Of a stretch of DNA of 64,000 nucleotides, positions 58,580 to 64,000 are shown in pieces. The stretch's first letter is position 1. The number at the start of each line of letters is the position of its first letter. Origin of the DNA: Cyanidioschyzon merolae (Eukaryota); the NCBI GenBank assembly GCA_000091205.1, contig AP006491.2. One strand, 5' to 3'. The position numbers and the translations under genes were made by a program. The notes beneath the pieces were generated by a model that worked only from the letters and a program-made list of their open reading frames with translations, did no database searches and was not told the DNA's origin.

Positions 58580-60685
58580 ATGCGGCGGGCGAACTCTTGT
58601 TCAGTTCTGACAGAGAAAGACGAACCGAGCCACTGGAAAGCGCCGGCTCTGTCCCCGCTTCAGCATATGCCCCTCGGAGTGGCGTTCTGCGAGCGCCAGA
58701 CGGGCGTTCTTCGGAGTCAGGATAGTGCAACGGTTCGGGCGTTATTAGCCGACACTGTCCTTGGAACAAAGGTGACGAGCCAGCCAAAGTTTATGATGCC
58801 TGGCATGGCATCGGCGGATCCCAGCGCTGGGTCCAAAAAGCTCGCGCAGCTGGGTGATGAGGGTTTTGCGCGCTCCAGAAGCGCTTCGAGTGAGGAGCTT
58901 TCAAGAAGTGATAGCGGCGAGGAGAATGAGTTGGCGGTTCCAAACATGGATGATAACTGTTCCACCAGTGCCGTGGTACGGCGCGCTCGCGAGTTCGCAC
59001 AGAAAAAGCATCTGACACTCGATGAAATCTACCGTATCATCGAGCTTTTGTTCCGACACGCAGGTCTTGGCGATTCGAGTTCACCGGATGAGGTCGTGGA
59101 AGCACTCGGAGAGGATGGTCTCGAGCTTTTGCTTCGCTTTTATACCAGTGCGACGGAATACTACCTTAAGCAGCGTATTGAATCGGGACTGGGACGCTCG
59201 GAGCGCCTGAAAAGGGCGATGAGAGAATGGGAGGTTCATCTGCATGAAGAGGACAGCACAGAGAACGTTTCTGATAAGGAAATCGGGCAGACAGTAGGGA
59301 AACATGGAATCGATATCCCCCAGGAAAGAGCCTTTACCGAGCAGTCAGAAAAGATTCCCTCTCTGGAAGGGCTTCATCAGGAAGTCACAGAGCCGCATGC
59401 GAAACGACAGCGCACTGAGTCTGAAGGCATGTCGGCGTGCAGCTCGGGAGAGTCCTCCGAGGAACTTGATCCTCCAATGACCCTGAAGTACAAAGCCGAC
59501 ACCGAGATCGCCGTCTCGCGCATTTTCGCCTTGGGTTCGGTGGTGCCACCTCGAAATCCGCTCATCAAGCCAGACGATCCGTATGATGGACCTCCTGTGG
59601 TGACCATGACTGGATTCGGAGAACTTGGTCGCTGGGGAAACCAAATTCTGCAGTACGCCTTCCTGCGCATTTACGCGAGCAAATGCAACGCGGGTATTCA
59701 AGTCCCGGACTGGGTGGGTAAGGCCATTTTCGGTCTCAAGGATCAACCAGTCGAGCGTGCATTTCCCGCTGTGGTTGAATATGCTGAAGCAAAGGCCAAC
59801 TCTACCTTTACCTCGCAATTTCTGGACTACATTCGAGCATCGAACGCCGGCGCACCAGTCCCCGAGGTGAAAGAGTCAGACCTGGCGCCCAGCGTGGAGC
59901 CGCGTTTCGTGAATCGCGACTTTTGGGGCTGGTTCCAGTGGCACACGAGTGTCTATCGTCCGTACCGTGAGCTGCTTCGCCAGACTTTCACAGTGGTTCC
60001 GGAACTTGCCGCACATCTAGACAATGTGATTGCACGCACGTTACGTAAGACTGGCAGACGCGGCCCTGTGACGCTTGTAGGCCTACATCTTCGCCTCGGA
60101 GACTACAAGAACATTGCCGCTTCATCCTTCGGATACTGCGCCCCGACCGCGTGGTACCTCGAGTGGCTTGAGCAAATATGGCCGACGCTCTCAAATCCGG
60201 TGCTTTTCGTAGCCTCCGACGATATCGATGCAGTGCTTCGGGATTTCCGCGAGTTCAACCCGGTCACCTGCGATATGCTCGGTATCGAAATGCCACCCGC
60301 CTGGCAGGGTCTAGGTGCTGGTTTTTTCCCCGACTGGTATGTTTTGACCCAGTGCGACGTGTTGGCGATCAGCAACTCCACCTTCAGCTTCACTGCTTGT
60401 ATGTTCAACCAACGAGACGGAAGCGCAGTCGGCGGGAGGCCTCGCTTCTATCGCGCGCACTACAGCCAGCGCATGATCCCCTTCGACCCGTGGGACGCTG
60501 AACCCATCCTCCATCGCCCGGGCGGGACCTGGGACACCTTACAGCTTCTGTACCAGACACAAGGAACACGAGGGCTAGTTCGCAACGTCCTCTACGAACT
60601 ACCGTACTACCGGCTGCGGGACGTGATCATAAGGACAGTACTGCGAGCGCGAGCTCTCCGGAAGCGAGTGACGGCAAGTGCCTGA
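58580..60685 (+). CDS. GT11-family (alpha-1,2-fucosyltransferase-like) glycosyltransferase domain protein with ~300-aa acidic/Ser-rich N-terminal extension and no obvious TM
   Basis: C-terminal 400 aa carry the GT11 motifs in order: TMTGFGELGRWGNQILQYAF (GRFGNQMGQYA-like), LVGLHLRLGDYKN (HVRRGDY-like), FVASDD, DWYVLTQCDVLAISNSTFSFTACMF ([22 protein letters not shown]-like). The start codon is uncertain (ORF Met at 58580; alternative MMPGMAS ~58790). Confidence 0.7.
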   Translation: MRRANSCSVLTEKDEPSHWKAPALSPLQHMPLGVAFCERQTGVLRSQDSATVRALLADTVLGTKVTSQPKFMMPGMASADPSAGSKKLAQLGDEGFARSRSASSEELSRSDSGEENELAVPNMDDNCSTSAVVRRAREFAQKKHLTLDEIYRIIELLFRHAGLGDSSSPDEVVEALGEDGLELLLRFYTSATEYYLKQRIESGLGRSERLKRAMREWEVHLHEEDSTENVSDKEIGQTVGKHGIDIPQERAFTEQSEKIPSLEGLHQEVTEPHAKRQRTESEGMSACSSGESSEELDPPMTLKYKADTEIAVSRIFALGSVVPPRNPLIKPDDPYDGPPVVTMTGFGELGRWGNQILQYAFLRIYASKCNAGIQVPDWVGKAIFGLKDQPVERAFPAVVEYAEAKANSTFTSQFLDYIRASNAGAPVPEVKESDLAPSVEPRFVNRDFWGWFQWHTSVYRPYRELLRQTFTVVPELAAHLDNVIARTLRKTGRRGPVTLVGLHLRLGDYKNIAASSFGYCAPTAWYLEWLEQIWPTLSNPVLFVASDDIDAVLRDFREFNPVTCDMLGIEMPPAWQGLGAGFFPDWYVLTQCDVLAISNSTFSFTACMFNQRDGSAVGGRPRFYRAHYSQRMIPFDPWDAEPILHRPGGTWDTLQLLYQTQGTRGLVRNVLYELPYYRLRDVIIRTVLRARALRKRVTASA

Positions 60686-62179
60686 ACGGCGACACGTGCA
60701 GCGAAACATGAGTATCGTGCTGGCGTTGTGCTGGCGCAATTGGAACGCAAGAATCGACGATTTGAAAGCCGGTATGTGTACTTAAACGTTATTGTGCATT
60801 ATGTTTCCTAGTTCGAACCAGACGCGTCTCATGAGTATCAGGCGCTTTTTCATAAACTGGGTCCCGCTGTGCGGTTTTCTTATCACCTGAAGCTCAGCGG
60901 AATTCTGCATGGCATCAGTCTCGCTTGCCGCAGCAGCAGGCTATGCTCTACTCGCCGCACCTGTGCTTCGTTGCGCATCCCCGGTGACCATGTTCCCCGA
61001 AACAGCACCCAAAGTAGTATCGGGTGGCGAAAGCCACCGGAGTACCGAGAAGTCGATCGACGGAGCTGCGGGTATTTGTACAGCAGCGATCAACGATCTC
61101 TTGCACATGCCTTACAGAATGAGATCATGGAATGTGAAGCGGTCCTTTCGCGTCAACGCTTTTCATCTGCATTCAGACCAACGACAAACAAAAATAGAAC
61201 GATTCCGGTTAGCGTACTCGGGCATAGACTCTAAAATTGGGTCGCTTCCACGGTCATCAACACCAGCCTCTGCGAGCTTTTTCTAAGACGACTACGTATG
61301 CCCCTCCCTGATCTCTGTCTTTACGAAAGCTGGTTTCTCCCGTCGCTCCAGCTTCGTTGTCCGCAGTCGAAGGATGTTCATCACAACGTTAAAGCCCCGA
61401 TCTCGTCGCCTTCGGCTGTTATCGACGCATTTTGACCCGTAGGGAAAAGTTGCGAGCCACCTTCGGCTTGCCGTTCTCCTTTTCTTCGCATACAGCATGG
61501 GAGCGCCATTCGTATCGTTGACACCTGGTTATGTTCAGGTATTCCCATATTAAAGTCCACCAAAACGCCTCCTAGGAGCGCCGCTCTGTGACAAGTGAAA
61601 GCTCGCTTCGTCGCTCGGTACATGCTCTTCATGGGTACAGAAGGCTGGCCTCGATGCGCGCCTCGGTAACCGCGCCTGATGCCGTTCCTTGCGATCACAT
61701 ACTTCTTCAAGCCGATGCATTCGGCGACTGCTCTCTTCGCCGGGTGCGCATGTTCCCGTTATTGCAGGTGCTAAAGCATGTGTGGATCGCGATGTTGTTC
61801 ATGATGAAACAAATGCTGGAATGAAAATCCAGTCTGGAGAGCACGTCGAGAAATCGCAATTCGCCAAGGCTCCGTTCACGCAAACCGGTAACGCAGGCTC
61901 CGTTGGAGGCGATCGCTGCGATCGCTCAAGCCCGAGTCGAAGACCCTTTCCACTCGTACAGAACAGAAGAGAGTGGAGCCTATGGGAACCTATCGTCTGA
62001 AAGGTACCCTGTTGCTTTGGAATACAGTTCCGTCGATGGCCACAAATAGAAAATCTTTTGTCCTTCGAACGGACCTGATTATTTTTATTAGACAATTGCG
62101 GTGAAATTTTGGCATGCACATAGGTAAAAGTCATCGAGGGATAGAGTCGAATGATCTATTTCGCCGTCACTCCAGGAGC

Positions 62180-62535
62180 GCGAACTGATCCACCCACAAG
62201 TTGTCGCCAAACTGAAAGATCGAAGACTTGAAGCATTCGTAATTTGAGCACGATGCAATTCAGCGAAGGGGAATAGCGGAGGATCGTATATTTGAACTGG
62301 ATAATGATATCGGTTATTTTACCAAACCTTTTTCGGGGATGTCGCAAGTCATCTTGATTCCGATCTCGCAAAAGAATCGCAGCGACTTAGAGTCGCAGGA
62401 GCCACTCCGAAAAGACGACCGAGAATCCTAAGGGAATGTACAGACCCGTTAGCCCTTATTGCTGCACTTGGAATGTCGAAGCTGTCCATGCGAAAAATGC
62501 TCGGAAAAATCTCAAGGCAGGAACCGAGCAAGCAA
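62180..62535 (+). repeat. Copy 4 (partial, tail portion) of the dispersed AT-rich repeat family, ~350 bp upstream of the Rae1 start
   Basis: cactccgaaaagacgaccgagaatcctaagggaatgtacagacccgttagcccttattgctgcacttggaatgtcgaagc...caaggcaggaaccgagcaag aligns to 3255-3410 (copy 1) and to the reverse complement of 42180-42330 (copy 2). Confidence 0.5.
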
Positions 62536-62879
62536 TTCGGTGTTCAATTTTTATCTGACACTAGTTGAGCAGCAACCGCCAGTCTGCACCAGGCATGATT
62601 TCATTCTGCGCTGCTTGCCAGAACACTGAAAACCTGTTCGGCGCGTGTGTACCAAACGCAACACACGTTCCACTGGGCAGCAGTTGGCGGGTTATCGACG
62701 CCCTTGCTTGTGAGGCACTGGACGACACCTTTGTGAGGCACTGGACGCCTCGAGCGCCAACACCAGAACTGGACGCGGGCGTTGCACTTGTAAGTACCTG
62801 TACGCAGGTGCTTTCTTCGAGCTGGGCTCGAGCGCTGCGCACGCCTTCGTAACGTGCACTGAGACCGAACACGAGGAAA

Positions 62880-64000
62880 ATGGCTGCGACATTCGGTACA
62901 GGAACACCATTTGGATCGGGATCGTCTACGGCTTTCGGAAACAGCAGCAACTTCGGAACTGCTGCCTCTGGGGGCGCTCTGAACACCGCGACACTCAACC
63001 CGAACAACGACTTTATGGTAAGTGATCCGCCAAATGATACCATTTCATCGGTGCACTTTTCACCGGCAGCGCTACTGCCCCGTAACTTTATCATCGCAAC
63101 AACCTGGGACAATGAGGTACGCCTCTGGGAAGTTCATTCCAATGGCAGTACCCAAGGTCTGGGTATGATACGCCACGAGGCTCCGGTGTTGGCGTCCGCC
63201 TGGAAGAGTGACGGCACCAGAATCTTCTCAGCCGGTTGTGATCGCATATGCAAGATGTGGGACCCAGCTACTAATGCAGTCGACACTGTCGCCTACCATG
63301 ACGGACCTATCCGTCACTGTGCGTTCGTCGGCGAGACCAGCGGCGTTGCCGGCACTCCGTTTCTGATGACAGCGGGCTGGGATCGAACCCTCAAGTACTG
63401 GGATGTGCGCGCTCCGCCCAATCCGGCACAAGGTGGTGGCGGTGCCATGGGAACCGTGTCGCTCCCGGAGCGCTGCTACGCAATGGATGTGAATGGGTCG
63501 CTCGTCGTGGTCGGAACTGCGGATCGTGAGGTGCTCTGGTTCGATCTCCGACAGCCGCTGCAGCCGGCAGGTCGAAAGACATCGCCACTGCGTTACCAGA
63601 CGCGTTGCATCTCGATCTTTGCGGATCGTACTTGCTACGCGATCTCGTCCGTAGAAGGGCGGTGCGGAATCGAGTACCTGCAGGATACTTCGAAATCCTT
63701 CGCCTTCAAGTGCCATCGCATTGATCAGGGTGCAGGCGGTCAGGAGCGGATCACTCCAGTCAACTGTGTGACGACGTACCCGTCGACCGCACCAGAGCTG
63801 GTGGACGTGCTTGCAACCGCCGGCGGCGACGGTCGGGTGAATATCTGGAATAAAGCCGCGAAAGTGAAGACCAAGGGCCTCAAAGAGGTTCCTTTGCCGA
63901 TCGTTGCCCTTGAGTTTAATGCGAATGGTGCTATCTTGGCCTACGCTATGGGCTATGACTGGAGTCAGGGAGCCAGCGGATACGCACGATTTCAGTCGGT
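62880..64000 (+). CDS. RAE1: mRNA export factor Rae1/Gle2 (FG-repeat N-terminus + WD40 propeller), 3'-truncated by window edge
   Basis: ATG at 62880. MAATFGTGTPFGSGSSTAFGNSSNFG (FG repeats), then SSVHFSPAALLPRNFIIATTWDNEVRLWEV, HEAPVLASAWKSDGTRIFSAGCDRICKMWD, MTAGWDRTLKYWDVR, LPERCYAMDV, FKCHR..., YAMGYDWSQG, collinear with human RAE1. The frame is open to position 64000. It is absent from the ORF table because no stop lies in the window. Confidence 0.9.
   Translation, partial: MAATFGTGTPFGSGSSTAFGNSSNFGTAASGGALNTATLNPNNDFMVSDPPNDTISSVHFSPAALLPRNFIIATTWDNEVRLWEVHSNGSTQGLGMIRHEAPVLASAWKSDGTRIFSAGCDRICKMWDPATNAVDTVAYHDGPIRHCAFVGETSGVAGTPFLMTAGWDRTLKYWDVRAPPNPAQGGGGAMGTVSLPERCYAMDVNGSLVVVGTADREVLWFDLRQPLQPAGRKTSPLRYQTRCISIFADRTCYAISSVEGRCGIEYLQDTSKSFAFKCHRIDQGAGGQERITPVNCVTTYPSTAPELVDVLATAGGDGRVNIWNKAAKVKTKGLKEVPLPIVALEFNANGAILAYAMGYDWSQGASGYARFQS

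Noticed and set aside
63016-63030. gtaagt immediately after ATG in the Rae1 region looked like a 5' splice donor
   Set aside because: Read in frame it encodes M-V-S-D-P, and the protein stays collinear with Rae1 (..NDFMVSDPPNDTISSVHFSP.. vs human ..[20 protein letters not shown]..) with no gap, so no intron is needed.
1-64000. Trypanosomatid (Leishmania-like) origin suggested by GC-rich NCG codons, (CA)n microsatellites and absence of introns
   Set aside because: Coding strand switches every few kb (ABCE1 -, RPS23 +, tetraspans -/+, APP -, GT +, HPD +, MRS2 +, mucins/Sec1/AOX -, GT11 +, Rae1 +). This is incompatible with long unidirectional polycistronic clusters.
1-64000. Prokaryotic or organellar origin, or non-standard genetic code explaining the run-on ORFs
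   Set aside because: The content is eukaryotic cytosolic ribosomal proteins (eS29, uS12), Sec1, Rae1 and ABCE1. Well-anchored genes (RPS23, RPS29, HPD, AOX, MRS2, Sec1) terminate at the homology-expected position with TAG/TGA/TAA, so stop codons are used normally.

Overview
This 64-kb window looks like GC-rich (roughly 55-60% by eye), intron-poor eukaryotic nuclear DNA with genes on both strands. The taxon cannot be fixed from sequence alone. Compact genes, S/T/P-rich mucins, NCG-rich codons and frequent strand switching fit a stramenopile/oomycete-like or similar protist; a trypanosomatid and a prokaryote are both excluded. Recognisable genes (all standard genetic code, normal stops): mitochondrial ribosomal protein uL24m, a GT23 (FUT8/NodZ-like) fucosyltransferase, ABCE1, ribosomal proteins uS12 (RPS23) and eS29 (RPS29), an X-Pro aminopeptidase, a cyclophilin-like PPIase, 4-hydroxyphenylpyruvate dioxygenase, mitochondrial Mg2+ channel MRS2, Sec1/Munc18, alternative oxidase, a GT11-like fucosyltransferase and a 3'-truncated Rae1/Gle2. 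The most unusual content is two tandem paralogous giant mucin-like glycoproteins that share an unrecognised ~900-aa Cys-containing extracellular domain plus one EGF-like module. Two run-on ORFs join unrelated complete proteins with no intervening stop: mucin-TM-Sec1, and aminopeptidase P followed by a cyclophilin preceded by a signal-peptide-like segment. Other notable items are a dispersed ~1.3-kb AT-rich repeat family (at least 5 copies, with a tRNA/B-box-like segment), a degenerate Tc1/mariner transposase relic, a divergent pair of paralogous tetraspan membrane proteins, and several coding and intergenic minisatellites. Many long antisense or overlapping ORFs in the table look like GC-driven artefacts and are not annotated.
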